A stretch of 64,000 nt of DNA, from the NCBI GenBank assembly GCA_951406725.2, contig OX597814.1:4278001-4342000 (forward strand), read 5' to 3'. Within the stretch, counting starts at the first letter, position 1, and each line of letters begins with the position of its first letter. This DNA comes from Octopus vulgaris (lineage: Eukaryota). This document shows positions 23,268 to 37,779 of this stretch, in pieces. The notes beneath the pieces were generated by a model. It searched no databases. It had not been told where the DNA came from and was given only the letters and a program-made list of their open reading frames with translations. Position numbers and translations under genes: made by a program.

Positions 23268-25602
23268 GACACCTGTGCAGGTGGCACGTAAAAAGCACCC
23301 ACTACACTCGCGGAGTGGTTGGCGTTAGGAAGGGCATCCAGCTGTAGAAACACTGCCAGATCAGACTGGAGCCTGGTGCAGCCCCTGGCTTCCCAGACCC
23401 CGGTCGAACTGTCCAACCCATGCTAGCACGGAAAACGGACGTTAAACGATGATGATGACGATGATGTAAATATTAAAAATAATTCAAATTCAATGTTTTC
23501 TTGAAACAATGAATTTCTATAAAGAGTGCCGGTGGTACGTAAGCGAACCATCCGATCGTGGCCGTTGCCAGCGCCGCCCCGACTGGCCTTCGTGCTAGTG
23601 GCACGTAAAATGCACCATCCAACCGTGGCCGTTTGCCAGCCTTGTCTGGCACCTGTGTAGGTGGCACATAAAAAGCACCCACTACACTCACGGAGTGGTT
23701 GGCGTTAGGAAGGGCATCCAGCTGTAGAAACATTGCCAGATAAGACCGGAGCCTGATGCAGCCTTCTGGCTTCCCAGACCCCAGTTGAACCATCCAACCC
23801 ATGCTAGCATGGAAAACGGACGTTAAATGATGATGATGATGATGATGATGATGATTAGGATTTAAGTTCCAATCTATGAAAAGTTTCCATTCTACAATAT
23901 TCTTAAAAGAACATAAAAATTATCCAGCAACTCAGGTTAATACGAAGGAGACTGGTAGGTGTAAAAGACAAACTGGCATCTCTTGTCAAGAATACAGGCA
24001 ACAGTCAGATCACAGATGTCTGTTATGCACTCCACTGGTGTTATTTGATTGCTGTTATTCTGAGCGTTTGTATGTAAAGATCAGTTGTGTTTTTCGGGGT
24101 TGCCTGTTTTTCAGGTTTTTACCCTTAACTTAGAAACGGAGAACGACATAGGGCTAGATATAAAATATAAGCCATTTGGGGTGAAATCTGTGATAATCGC
24201 GATTGATGCTAATAACCTGGAATCGCATCATCATCATCAGCATCTTTTAACGTCCGTTCTCCATGCTAGCATGGGTTGGATGGTTCGACCGGGATCTGGG
24301 AAGCCAGGAGGCTGCACCAGGCTCCAGTCTGATCTGGCAGAGTTTCTACAGCTGGATGCCCTTCCTAACGCCAACCACTCCGCGAGTGTAGTGGGTGCTT
24401 TTTACGTGTCAATTATCGTCAATTAACATCTGTTGTCCACGCTGTCATGGGTCAGATGATTTGACCAAAACTGGCATACTATGGAGCTGCAACAGACAAC
24501 AGCCTGTTTTGGAATGGTTTCTGTGGTTGGATGTCCTTCCTTATGCCAACCATTTTACAGAGTGTGCTGGGAGCTTCTACAAGGCACCAGATCAAGTGCA
24601 TTTCATCAAATGAATCATCATCATCATCATCATTTAATGTCTGTTGTCCATGCTGCCATGGGTTGGATTGTTGGAAGGCTGCACTAGACCCCAGTCTGAT
24701 TTACCAAGGTTTCTACGGCTGGATGCCCTTCCTAATGCCAACCACTCCAAGAGTGTAGTGGGTGCTTTTACACGCCACTGGCACAGGTGCCATTTGCGTG
24801 ACACTGGTATCTGCACCGACTGCAATTTCACTTGGCTTGATGGGTCTTCTTCTCAAGCACAACATAATGCCAAAGCTCACGGTCATTGCCTCTGTGAGGC
24901 CCAACACTCAAAAGGAGCTTTTCACATGCAACACTAGCATCGGTCATATTGCTTCCATGAGGCCCAACACTCAAAAGGTGCTTTTCATGTGCCACTGGCA
25001 CAAGTGCCAGTTACATGGCACCATCATCAGCCACAGCTACAATTTCACTTGGCTTGACAGAGCTTCTCGAGCACAGCATCATCATCATCATCATCGTTTA
25101 ACGTCCGTTTTCTGCGCTAGAACGGGTTGGACAGTTCGACCGGGGTCTGGGAAGCCAGGGGCTGCACCAGGCTCCAGTCTGATCTGGCAGAGTTTCTACA
25201 GCTGGATGCCCTTCCTAAGCCAAACCACTCCATGAGTGTAGTGGGTGCTTTCTACGTGCCACCTGCACAGGTGCCAGGGGGATCCGGCATCGGCCACGAT
25301 CGGTTGGAGCTTTTAACGTGCCACTGGCACGGAAGCCACCCAAGGCATGGCTGGCAATGGCCACGTTCAGATGGTGCTTTTTATGTGCCACTGGCACAGA
25401 AGCCAGCCAAGGCGGCGCTGGCAACGGCCACATTCGGATGGTGCTTTTTATGTGCCACCAGCACAGAAGCCAGTCGGGGCGGCGCTGGCATCGGCCACGT
25501 TCGGATGGTGCTTTTTATGTGCCATCGGCACAGGTATCACAACTACTATTTCCATTGATATTTATTTCGACGTTCATGTTCATGTACTCTCCTCAAGCAC
25601 AG
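23268..25602. mobile_element. Cluster of RTE 3' ends (plus 23268-23465, 23527-23853; minus 24226-24408, 24614-25076, 25077-25602)
   Basis: Repeated RTE 3'UTR with (GAT)n/(CAT)n tails. Confidence 0.8.
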
Positions 25603-25629
25603 CATATATATATAAACATATATAAATTT

Positions 25630-26005
25630 TAAATTTAACAATAGGATAAAATCTTCATAAGAAATTATCAGGTAGTTAGCGTGAAAAACCTCATAAGAGA
25701 AAAAAATCTATAAATTTTTTCACTTGAAAAAAATTTATTTATATTATATAGAGGGCATTATTACACATAAATGCCGCACGCTAGAAGGGACTTTTAAAGA
25801 CAAAACTACCAAAATAAACAAATCGTACTGAATGCAATTTTCAAAGCGAGTCATTTAAAAACTAAATGCAACTAAATTCTGTTTTTAAATGACTCGCTTC
25901 GAAAATTGCATTCGGTACAATTTGTTTATTTTGGTAGTTTTGACTTTAAAAGTCCCTCCTAGCGTGCGGCATTTATGTGTAATAATGCTCTCTATATAAT
26001 ATAAA
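25630..26005. repeat. AT-rich dispersed repeat ending in a ~125-bp-arm hairpin (25738-26005); related copy at 57944-58206
   Basis: Near-perfect inverted arms with a ~20-nt loop. Confidence 0.85.
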
Positions 26006-26016
26006 CATATATACAT

Positions 26017-26047
<31 letters not shown>

Positions 26048-26048
<1 letters not shown>

Positions 26049-27003
26049 CATCGTCATCATCGTCGTTTAACATCCGCTTTCCATGCTAGCATGGGTTGGA
26101 CGATTTTGACTGAGGGCTGGCGAACCAGATGGTTGCACCAGGCTCCAATCTTGATCTGGCAGAGTTTCTACAGCTGGATGCCCTTCCTAACGCCAACCAC
26201 TCCGAGAGTGTAGTAGGTGCATCTTACATGCCACCGGCACGGGGGCCAGTCAGGCAGTACTGGCAATGACCTCACTCAAATCTTTTTACACATGCCACCG
26301 GCACAGGTGCCAGTAAGGCGATGCTGGTAATGATCACACTCAAATGGTGCCTTTTACCTGTCACCAGCACGGAAGCCTCTCTGTCAACGATCACACTCGG
26401 ATGATGCTCTTAGCACCCCACTAGCATGGATACAGTCATTGAATTTGATTTTGATTTTGATATCACTTGCCTCAACAGGTCTTCGCAAGCAGAGTTTGGT
26501 GTCTAAAAAACGAAAGGTACACATAAGTGGGCAGGTTACGCCCCTGGCATAGGCCACAGGTTATGGTCTCATTCGGCTTGCCGGGTCTTCTCACGCATGG
26601 CATATTTCCAAAAGTCTCAGTCACTAGTCATTGCCTTGGTGAGGCCTAATGCTCGAAGGTCATGCTTCACCACTTCATCCCAGGTCTTCCTGGGTCTACC
26701 TCTTCCACAGGTTCCCTCAACTGCTAGGGTGTGGCACTTTTTCACACAGCTATCCTCATCCATTCTTGCCACATGACCATACCAGTACAGTCATCTCTCT
26801 TGCACACCAAAACTGATGCTTCTTAGGCCCAACTTTTCTCTCAAGGTACTTACACTCTGTCAAGTATGCACACTGACATTACACATCCATTGGAGCATAC
26901 TGCCTTCATTCCTTGCGAGCTTATGCATGTCCTCAGCAGTCACAGCCCTTATTTCACTGCCATGTAGTGTGGGTGTTCGTACACATGCATCATACAGTCT
27001 ACC
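26048..27003 (-). mobile_element. 5'-truncated RTE LINE (ORF C-terminus plus 3'UTR)
   Basis: GRLYDACVRT..LHGSE..WYGHVARM..GRGRPRKTW. Confidence 0.9.
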
Positions 27004-27006
27004 TAT

Positions 27007-27054
<48 letters not shown>

Positions 27055-28184
27055 TCTAACATTTATGTTTTTTACAGATGTCCTTCGAATGTTGGGCTTC
27101 ACGGAGGCAATGACAAGTGACCAAGACCTTTGGAGATATGCTGTGCTTGAGAAGACCTGGTAAGCCAAGTGAGACCGTAGTGGTAGCCTATGCCAGTGTC
27201 GCATAACCAGCCCAGTTAAGAGTACCCTTCAATCATTGGACAATATACTGTGCATGAGAAGACCTGTTGAGTCAGGTGAAATCATTGTTGTGGCCGATTC
27301 CAGTACAGCCTGACTGGCTCCCGTGCCAGTGGCACATAAAAAGCACCATATGAGCATAGTCAATACCAGTACAGCCTGACTGGTCCTGTGCTGGTGGCAC
27401 ATAAAAAGCACCCACTAAATTCTCAAACTGGTTGGTGTTAGGAAGGGCATCAAGCTGTAGAAACCTTGCCAGATCAGATTGGGGCCTTGTGCAGCCTTCT
27501 GGCTCACCAGTCCTCAGTCAAACCATCCAACCCGTGCCAGCATGGAAAGCAGATGTTAAACAATGATGATGATAACAGGTGATTTTATATATATATAGAT
27601 ATATATATATATGACACTGGCTCCTGTGCAGGTGGCCGCTGCCAGTACCACTAAACTAGCCCTTGTGCCAGTGACACGTAAAAGCACCCACTACACTCTC
27701 GGAGTGGTTGGCATTAGGAAGGGCATCCAGCTGTAGAAACTCTGCCAGACCAGATTGGAATCTGGTTCGCCAGCCCTCAGTCAAATCGTCCAACCCATGC
27801 TAGCATGGAAAGCGGGCGTTAAACGATGATGATGATGATGATGATGACATATAGTATTTACTATATACTAGATATTAGGCATACTACACACCATACTAGT
27901 AGGGAAAATGCAGTAGCAGGAACAATAACAATCTTAATTAATTGAACTTGGAAAAGTGCAAGACAAGAGGAAGTGGAACCTTAAAGATATTACAGTTGAA
28001 GTACGAATTTGAGTTTAAATTATGTCTATTGGGAAAAGTTGATTCCTGAGCCTTATTTTACGTTTTGTCCCAAGGTTCCAGTGGGATATCTTAATTTTGA
28101 CATGAGTAGTGTAATATTTTTACAGTATACCATACCTCTCAGAAAGCCCATAGGAAAGAAATTAAAAAACATGTGTGTGAACTG

Positions 28185-28792
28185 CCACGGGCAGTGAAGT
28201 ATGGCAGTTCGCACACGTGTCCTACAATCTACCTTTCACTCTGAGTGAGAGACCCTTTGTCACCAGTAGGGGTAGAAGCTTTCTAAACTTTGCCCAGGCT
28301 ATTCATATTCTAGTGGTGACACTCTCTGAGCATCCACCTCCACTACTAACTTGGTCACCTAGGTAGCGGAAGCTATCAACTACTTCTAGTTTCCGCCCTG
28401 GAGTGTGATGGAATCTGTTTTCTGAGTATCTGTGGTGTCTATTACCCCTGTACATCTGCCGCACATGAAAGCTATTTTCTCGGTCAATTTTCCTTTGATG
28501 TTCCAGCACCTCTTATGTGTCCATAGCTTACACTGCTTACATGTTATGGAGTTTCTACCTACACCTTTCCTACAGATCGAGCAGGGCCACCTACCTGAAC
28601 AGGTGTGTGATGAGTTCGCCTTCCTACTTACTAGAACTTTGGTCTTTGCTACATTGACTCTAAGGCCTTTTGATTCTAAACCTAACTTCCACACACGAAA
28701 TTTCTTTTCTAGTTCCAGTGGTGATTCTGGTATGAGGGCCAGGTCATCAGCATAGAGGAGCTCCCAGGGGCAACTCATCTTGAATTCCTCTG
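28185..28792 (-). mobile_element. RTE LINE RT fragment with YADD and PHD finger (duplicate 45572-46180)
   Basis: CPWELLYADDLALI...GLRVNVAKTKVL...C4HC3...LEVVDSFRYLG. Confidence 0.9.
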
Positions 28793-29154
28793 TCATCATC
28801 ATCATCATCATCGTTTAACATCAGTTTTCCATGCTAGCATGGGTTGGACGGTTCAACTGGGGTCTGGGAAGCCAGAAGGCTGCGCCAGGCCCAGTCTGAT
28901 CTGGCAGTGTTTCTACGGCTGGATGCCCTTCCTAACGCCAACCACTCCGTGAGTGCAGTGGGTGCTTTTTACATGCCACCGGCACGGGGGCCAGACGAGG
29001 CTGGCAACGGCCACAATCGGATGGTGCATTTTACGTGCCACCGGTATGGAGCCCAGTCGGGGCAGCGCTGGCAACGGCCACGTTCGGATGGTTCTCTTAC
29101 GTGCCATCGGCACTGGTATCACAGCTACAATTTCCATTGATGTTGATCGATTTC

Positions 29155-29212
<58 letters not shown>

Positions 29213-29267
29213 TACACACAAATGTAGAGAGACAGAGGGAAATATATATTTGTGTTCAGTATATACA

Positions 29268-30796
29268 TTATGATTGGGTACTGAAACAGCCACTCAACCA
29301 TTCAAATGTGGATGTGATGTATCTCGACTTTGCCAAGGCCTTTGACAAAGCTGACCAGGGGATGACATGTCACAAACTACACGACCTTGGTATCACTGGA
29401 AAACTAGGGGAAGGGCTGCTCGACATTTTAAAGGACAGAAGTCAGGCAGTTCCAGCCAATGGTGCTCTCTCTGGGGAGACATCAATCCACAGCAGAGTAC
29501 CTCAGGGAGCTGTACTAGGACCGCTATTGTTTGTTGTGGCTCTCTCAGACATGCTGTCACTCATACAGTCAGCCATTCTCAACAGCTACACTGAGGATTC
29601 TGTGGGATGACACCAGCAGCTGGGTGCGTTGACCGGAAGCTGGGGCAACCGAAAGGGGCAGCCGTCAGGCGTGTGCAGGCAGCGGTGAATTCGGCCTTTC
29701 TAACGTGATTCGTCAAGGTGTCAAGACATGTGAGGACGTCGCTAAAGTTTGGGTGAGCAGCTGCTATCTTTAGTGTTCAGGTCGGGGCTGTGTCGAAGGA
29801 TTAGTTACCACTGAAGGGTTTCCATCACGAGGAAGAGACGGTAGGTGCCTTTATATTCGAATCGTGCACACACCACAGATACAAAATTATCTCAGGCAGT
29901 CAAGGACCCTGACGACATAGTAAAACTACAAAGTGACCTACATGCAATATATAAACAGGCTGATAAGTTTCAAGCACTTTGCTATCGGCCTACAAACAGA
30001 CCACAATCGGAATACATAGGACCAGGGTGTAATGCAATTCCAGAGCTGGAATCGGAACGCGACTTGGGAATCCACATAAGTAGTGATGCAACATTCCATG
30101 TGCATATTGCCAGGATGGTAACACTGTGCATGCGAGTAGCTGAATGGGTCCCTAGATCATTCAGGAGCAGAAATACGGATCCCTTGCCACCCCTATGGAG
30201 GACATTGGTCCTCAGTCATCTGGATGACTGCTCCCAACTGTGGTCACTGCAGAGCATCAAATTGGTGGAGGAACTTGAGGCAATCCAGCACCACTACACA
30301 AAGAAGATTGACTTGGTGAAACAGATGAGTTACTGGGAGGGGCACAAGAACTGAAGGTCTATTCTCTGGAGGGACGGTGATAAAGGTATGCAGTGATATA
30401 CACATGGAAGATCCTGGAAGGTCTAGTTCCCAACTTTGGAATTAAAAGCTTTACCAACCACCGAACTGGACGGCACTGCATACTACCAAAGATACCGTCT
30501 TCTTCAGCTCAGATAAGGACCCAGTATTGCAACAACTTGGGTTTCAGGGAAGCACAACTGTTTAACATCCTGCCAAGGAACCTAAGACACCTGCAAAGTG
30601 TAAATGTGGAACTGTTCAAAAAGCACCTGGACAAATTTCTATCTGAAATCCCAGATGAGCCCACATCACGGCTGGAGGCACAAAGAAGGACAGCTTCGTC
30701 TAACTCGCTTCTTCACCAAGAACAGTACCGAAAGGAGACCCATAAAACACTGAAAGGTGGTACTCCAGCATGGCCCCAGCCTCTGGCTGAAACCAA
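29268..30796 (+). mobile_element. CR1/L2-group LINE, 5'-truncated and decayed (duplicate 46656-48185 with complete 3' end)
   Basis: YLDFAKAFDK, VPQGAVLGPLLF, ERDLGI, LFNILP..FKKHLDKFL..IPDEP motifs; stops present. Confidence 0.9.
29592..29868. mobile_element. Putative solo LTR inserted in the YADD-equivalent codons of the CR1-like LINE (duplicate 46975-47251)
   Basis: TG...CA ends with imperfect inverted termini (TGAGGATTC / GAATCGTGCA); 5-bp TSD (T/C)ACAC. Removal restores SY-x-x-DTK. Confidence 0.65.
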
Positions 30797-30896
30797 NNNN
30801 NNNNNNNNNNNNNNNNNNNNNNNNNNNNNNNNNNNNNNNNNNNNNNNNNNNNNNNNNNNNNNNNNNNNNNNNNNNNNNNNNNNNNNNNNNNNNNNN
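30797..30896. other. Scaffold gap (100 N)
   Basis: Run of exactly 100 N. Confidence 1.
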
Positions 30897-31371
30897 TGCA
30901 ATAATTTAATTGTCTTATGCACACATATCTGCACAGGAGAATTAAAAATTACTGCCGATTTTAGCATTTTTGTAACTTTTTGCAGAACCCCTGGACTGTA
31001 CTGGCGGAACCCTGGTTGAAAACCACTGGTCTATATATATACATTAAACTACGGTTTACCTTTTTAAGTTACATGCTGCCGTATACCTTATACCAAGGAT
31101 CATACTTACGGAGGTAATTACCAGGAGTGCCTCTGAATACTTCTGTCCCTTAGAGGGCTTAACACCTACAACTTATCCCTTATAAAGTAATATATGTATG
31201 TATGTATGTATGTGTATGTGCATATGTTTGATTGCCTGTGTTTGTCCTCCCAACATCGCTTGACAACCGATGGTGGTGTGTTTATGGCTCCGTAACTTAG
31301 CGGTTCAGCAAAAGAGACCAATAGAATAAGTACTAGGCTTACAAAGAATAAGCTCTGGGGTCGATTTTCTC

Positions 31372-31411
<40 letters not shown>

Positions 31412-32814
31412 TCACACATATACAAACGTGTGTGTATATGTATATATATATACACAGACATATAGACATCTATCAATACTTAGTTCACATACATACTCAC
31501 ACTGACCCCTTAAACACTGGGCAGGGTCTGTTTTACATAGTCTAACTACTAAGACATTGCCGGGAGAGTAAGACAGTTAACAGACTCTGCCATATATGGC
31601 CATATATGGCATAAAGTCTGTCTAATAGCAAACAGACCCCACCACACATGGTCTAACTATGTAACAACAAACAGACCCAAATATACATGGTCCAACTGTA
31701 TAACATAGTAAACGGCCCCTAAAATATAAGGTCTAACTTTGTATAGCAGTGAACTGATTCATCTAGACATGGTCTAACTCTTTAAGACACTGGCTATAAA
31801 CAGACTACAAAGCTTCAGTTTTTCAGTGTTGAACATGTTTAGAACAGCCCTGGGGGGTGGGGATTTGTGGAGAGGTGGGGCAGGGGGTGTTGTGTGTGGA
31901 GGTGGGTGGGGGACATGAGGTGATGAGTGCACGTGGGAGGGTGGGGGTGTATATGTGTGTGGGACGGTCAGTGAGGGTGGTGGTGGGGAGGTGCATTGAG
32001 TGAAGGATCAGAATGTATAGTGCGTGTGTGTGTGTCTGTGTGTATGTGTGTGTGTGTCTGTGTGTATGTGTGTGTGTGTGGTGTGCTTTAAAACAGAAAC
32101 AGAAGGAAATATATCTGAATTACATAGCGACAGTGCCATCACACACACACACACACACACAATATAAAGATGAGGTGGAGGAGGGGAGGAACGTGCTGTT
32201 GAAGAACTGTTTACCATCTTCAGTTGGTTTCTGAAGAACTAAATTAAAAGCCAAGCCCACTATTTGATTAGTAGCACACAAATTGCCAAGCCAAGCCCAG
32301 GAATTCTTCTGGGCTGTGGACCCAATTTTTTATGTTAAGCCTGCTACCATTTTCGACAAGGGACAACGCTTTCTCTCCCCAATATTGGTCAATGAATCCT
32401 ACAGGTTGACATGGCGCTGTTTCTCACAAACCCAAGAATCAGCCAAGCTGTTCCATGCTGTCTACCAACCCCCAACCAGACAGCTCCAACAATCGCATTG
32501 GAGTCTTTTTCTCTCTCTTTTTCAGGTTTTTTTTTTTAAATCATCAAATCACAGTTTTACAAGGAAACCGAGTAAATGTTGCAGGAGGTAGCAGCAGCGA
32601 GTAACAGGAAGAGGAGACAGAGAGAGAGAGAGGAGACAGAGAGAGAGAGAGAGGAGGAGGGAGAGAAAGAGTGAGTGAGAGAGAGAGAGAGAGGGGGGAG
32701 GAACAGGGAGTGTAGGGCTGCATTAAATAAGTTGAAAGAAAAAAAAATAGGAAGCCGCTACGACGACCGGAACCGTCACCACCAGCACCATCACAATGGT
32801 TGGGTTGTCAGGAA

Positions 32815-32880
32815 TCACTGGTCTTGGAGAGACGCTTTTATAGCTTCTTCAATCATCTCTTGCTCATGTTTAGAGAAATC
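32815..32880 (-). CDS. RNF166: Duplicate copy of RNF166-like exon 5 (probably allelic/assembly duplicate)
   Basis: Identical to 16434-16499. Confidence 0.6.
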   Translation of the reverse strand, partial: DFSKHEQEMIEEAIKASLQDQ

Positions 32881-33938
32881 CTGGAAAAAAGAAAAAAATT
32901 TTAATCATCATCATCATCATCATCATTTTAGTGTTTTCTTTTCCTTTTTTTTTTTTTTTTTTTTTTTCCCCATTCGTTTCAGTCTGTAGACTCTGGCCAT
33001 GTTAAATCACCATCTCGAAAAATATCTGGTCAACCAAATTAATTCCAGTACTTCTTTTCTAAAACTTGGTACTTACTCTGTCGGTCTTTTTTGCTGGACC
33101 GCTAAGTTACACCGACACCATTTGTCAAACAATGTTGGCGGAGAGGATAAACAAACACACACAAACATATATGATGAGCTTCTTTCAGTTTCTCCATACT
33201 CAGTCCACTCACAAGGTTTTGGTTGACCTGGGGCTACAGTAGAAGACACTCGTCCAAGGTGCCACACAGTGGTCTTGAACCCAGAACCATGTGGTTGGGA
33301 AGTAAGCTTCTTACCATACAGTCAATACCTGTGCTTCTCATCCCTGGGTTTTCCAAACCAGCAATGGGTCAGGCAAGACTAAATACCACTCACCTGACCA
33401 ACCATAACGTGTTAGACATCATCATCATTATCATCATTTAACGTCCGTTTTCTATGCTGGCATGGGTCAGATGGTTCGACTGGGGTCTGGGAAGCCAGGA
33501 GGCTGCACCAGGCTCCAATCTGATCAGGCAATGTTTCTACGGCTGGATGCCCTTCCTAATGCCAACCACCCCAAGAGTGTAGTGGGTGCCTTTTTACATA
33601 CCACCGGCACAGGGGCCAGTCAGGCAGTACTGGCAATGACCTCGTTTGAATCTTTTTACACATGCCACCGGCACAGGTGCCAGTGGGAGCTGGCATCGAC
33701 CACATTTGGATAGTGCTTTTAAGTGTCATTGGCACAGGAGCCAGAGAGAGCTGGCAACAATAAAACCATGTTCACAAGAAATGTATCGCAAGCTTCTTAC
33801 CACACAGTCAATACCTGTGTCTCTCATCTCTGGGTTTTCCAAACCAGCAATGGGTCAGACAAGACTAGGTACCACTCACCTGACCAAAAATAATGTGTCG
33901 GACATAACATACAATAAAACCATGATCACAATACTTAC

Positions 33939-34046
33939 AACAAATGTATCGTATTCAAAGCGATGCCTCAAGCTCAAGTGACGAATGAAGTTAGCACTGA
34001 GTCTATGGGGATCACCCCATGGCATAGAGGTACATATAGGGCACAC
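33939..34046 (-). CDS. RNF166: Duplicate copy of RNF166-like exon 4 (probably allelic/assembly duplicate)
   Basis: Identical translation and splice sites to 17552-17659; lies in the duplicated block. Confidence 0.6.
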
Positions 34047-34749
34047 CTGTAAAATATGCAAACAAACAATACACCTGTAATACATATACACAAATAAGAC
34101 ACCTGAAAAACTGAAATTAATATAATCCAAATAAGAAAACAATGAAAGAGTTTATCAGTTCCTCACAAAAGACAACCAATTCCAAATGCTTCTATACCAA
34201 TTCCATTTTCAACATCAGTACATGCAACCTGGACAATTCTTTTAGTCTTTTACTTGTTTCAGTCATTTGACTGTCGTCATGCTGGTCAAACAAATCGACC
34301 CCAAGACTTATTCTTTGTAAGCCTAGTATTTATTCTATTGGTGTCTTTTGCCGAACTGCTAAGTTACAGGGACATAAACACACCAACATTGATTGGCACA
34401 GGGTCCAGAGGAAGCTGGCAAACGGCCATGATCAGTTGGTACTTTTTACGTGTCACCGACACGGACGCCAGTCAGGCGGCGCTGGCATCAGCCACGTTCG
34501 GATGGTGCTTTATACATGCCACTGGCACAAGCATCATAACTACAATTTCCATTTGATTTTCATTTTGATGTTGGTGTTGATGTACTTGACTCAAATAGGT
34601 CTCCTCAAGAACAGCGGGTCACTCTACGATCCAAGGTTAACACAGCAGGCCGTCCTGCAAGCCATGAACTCCTTTTATTTTGCCGGGTTTTCACAGTCAC
34701 AGCATATCTCCAGAGGTCTCGGTCTTTCGTCATAGCCTCTGTGAGGCTC

Positions 34750-34787
<38 letters not shown>

Positions 34788-35040
34788 TGTATCTGTGTTT
34801 GTGCCCCCATATATATTTATATACATATATATTTATATACATATATATATATCTGTAAAAATGGCTTATTGGTGAGCAATGTTATTTCTAATCTCCTCCC
34901 TGATCATCGTTGATACATTTTTTCACATTATTCTTCCACTCAGATTTATTTTAACGTATCATTTGAAACATGTCGGTGATGTAGTGATATAAATTATTCA
35001 AATAATATCTTGAGCAGTTGTCTCCATTTTCCTTTACTCT

Positions 35041-35076
<36 letters not shown>

Positions 35077-35556
35077 CATGCTTTTTTAACTAATTGATGA
35101 AGAGCAATATATACAGGAATGAAAGACAATCCCCAACCCAAATGCATCAGGACATGGCACTGGGTGATGTGAAGTTCTTTAATCAGGAACCACGTGGTTG
35201 TGAAACAAACATCTTACCATGCAGCCACTCCTGGGCCTATGTATGTCATTTTATCAACCATATCACTGAAAGTAGATGGTAGCTGTTGAAGATGGAAACC
35301 CAGGAAGACATGGGATGAAGTGGTGAGGACTGATCTTAGGATGTTGGGGACTCACAGAAGAAATGACACAGGACCGAGATGTCCGGAGAGATGAGGTTCT
35401 TGTGAAGACCCACACACATCAGCAAAACTGAGTTCTAGAAGCGTTGTGTCCCACCTACACATGAGAGAACCTTCACACACCCTACACCCAACAGACCAAA
35501 CTACATCTCTCCGAAACTCTATCTCTTCCCTTCCTCACATTTCCTCTTAAAAACTG

Positions 35557-35588
<32 letters not shown>

Positions 35589-36201
35589 GAGTGAGAGAGC
35601 AGTGCATGCCATCAAAGTGACACTGCGGTAAAATATACGAAGCCCAATATACCCATCATGACTACCTGTCTGATAAGGGTAGACCAGGCACATGCATCAC
35701 AACCATATGTGCGCGACATGGTGATCTCATATCCAGATAAACAGCACATGACTTTACAGGTGGGGCTCAGTTAGAATTTTCTTCCGGTCAAATAACCCAT
35801 CCCACTCAAAAGGTCCCTGAATAAGGATCGTTTAAGGATGATGAACAAAACACCCATGTTTCCAAAGGTGAATTATCCAGACCTCTAAGAATTCCTTTCA
35901 ACACACATGATGCTCCCCACCACTTCTTCTGCTCGTGATCAGAGAAGCACATATCGTCAGCCACTAAGGGACATGCTCAACTGATTAAGGTCAAACAACT
36001 GACAAGCAAATCTGTGGTATGAGCAGAATATTATTATTATTATTATTATTCAGGTCACTGCCTGGAATTGAACTTGGTATCTTGGGGTTAGTAGCCTGAC
36101 CTCTTAACTACAACACCTTATGCCTTTTGTTTTAGTCTGTTTTTCCATGCTTGTCTTTCTTATCCTTGCCCGTTATTTCTTTCTCCAAGGAAAGGATAAC
36201 A

Positions 36202-36246
<45 letters not shown>

Positions 36247-37658
36247 TGTATGCACCTGCATAGAGTACAACAAGGCTGGGGAGGTCAGCATTCTACTTTA
36301 AATAACAAGGCAATGACTAGTGACTGGGACCTTTGGAGATATGCTGTGCATGAGAAGACCTGACAAGCCAAGTAAGACCATACCCCATGGCCTATGCCAG
36401 TGGTGTAACTGGCCCACTTATGAGTACCCCTCATTCATTTGAGAATAAACTTTGCTTGCAAAAACCTGTTGAGGCAAGTGAAATCAAAATCACTGACATG
36501 GCCAATGACAGTACCACCTGATTGGTACTTGTGCAAGAGGAATGTTAAAAGCAGGTCCAAGAGTGATTGTTGCCAGGGCCACGGATTGGCTCCCGTGCCG
36601 GTGACATGTGAAAAGCACCAGTCGAGCATGGTCGTTGCCAGTTCCGCGGCACTGTGCCAGTGGAATGTGACAAAACAACATTCGAGCATGGTCATAGCCA
36701 GTGCTACCAGACAGGCTCCTGTGCAGGTAGCATTTAAAAAACACCTTTTGAGCGTGGTCGTTTCCAGAACCGCCTGACTTGTGCCTCGTGCCGATGGCAC
36801 GTAAAAGCACCCACTACACACTTGGATTGGTTGGTGTTATTTGGAAGAGTATCCAGCTGTAGAAACTTTGCAGTCCCCAGTCAAACCATCCAATCCATGC
36901 CAGCATGGAAAACGGACGTTAAACGATGATGATGATGAATGATAAGGGGTCATACCACTCAGTCCTGTCAGTAATTGTTGCACTGATGGGTGTGAAGGGC
37001 ATGGCTCAGTGGTTAGGGCATCGGCTTATCATCATAAAGGCGTGAGTTTGATTTCTAATGACACATTGTGTCCTTGAGCAAAGACACTTTATTTCACATT
37101 GCTCCAGTCCACTCAGCTGACAAAAATGAGTTGTACTTGTATTTCAAAGGGTCAGCCTTTTCCCATTCTGTGCCATGCTGATTCTCCCTGAGAACTACGT
37201 TAAGGGTATGTATGTCTGTGGAGTACTCAGCCATCTTGCACGTTAATTGCACAAGCAGGCTGCTCTGTTGATCAGATCAACTGGAACCCTCATCAGCACA
37301 ACCAACAGAGTACCAATTAGCATCAATTAGCACTGATGGACTCAGTTTTAAGTCTCTTTTTGGTTTGGTTGGTTAATTAGCCCCAGGTATAAGTGACCTC
37401 TGACCCTCATTGACCACCATCAGTATGACCTGTGAATTCCACCAGTTACATCTATAGAATCTAATGTATCGTGGTCACTGCCACGACCACTGTGCTGTAC
37501 CAGTATATTAAATGAGGTATGACTGGTACATTCTTTTTATGACAACAATATTTTGTATAATGCCTTTACTGATATGTAATGGTAATAAAGTATTACATCA
37601 TCTGTTAGTTGATGTTTTATTGATTTAAGTATGTTTCTCCATTTTCTAATTTTGTAGC

Positions 37659-37779
<121 letters not shown>

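Larger units (their letters stand above)
14535..30796 (+). repeat. Copy 1 of a ~16-17 kb direct duplication
   Basis: Sequence after the gap (30897) restarts at the equivalent of 14535. Sequence before the gap (30796) corresponds to 48179. Confidence 0.95.

Noticed and set aside
25650-25710. CTTATGAGG as a hammerhead core; also CTGAATA at ~14771
   Set aside because: No matching GAAA or stems could be found.
32815-34046. Second RNF166 paralogue
   Set aside because: Identical exons, no exons 1-3 of its own, and the duplication is centred on a scaffold gap.
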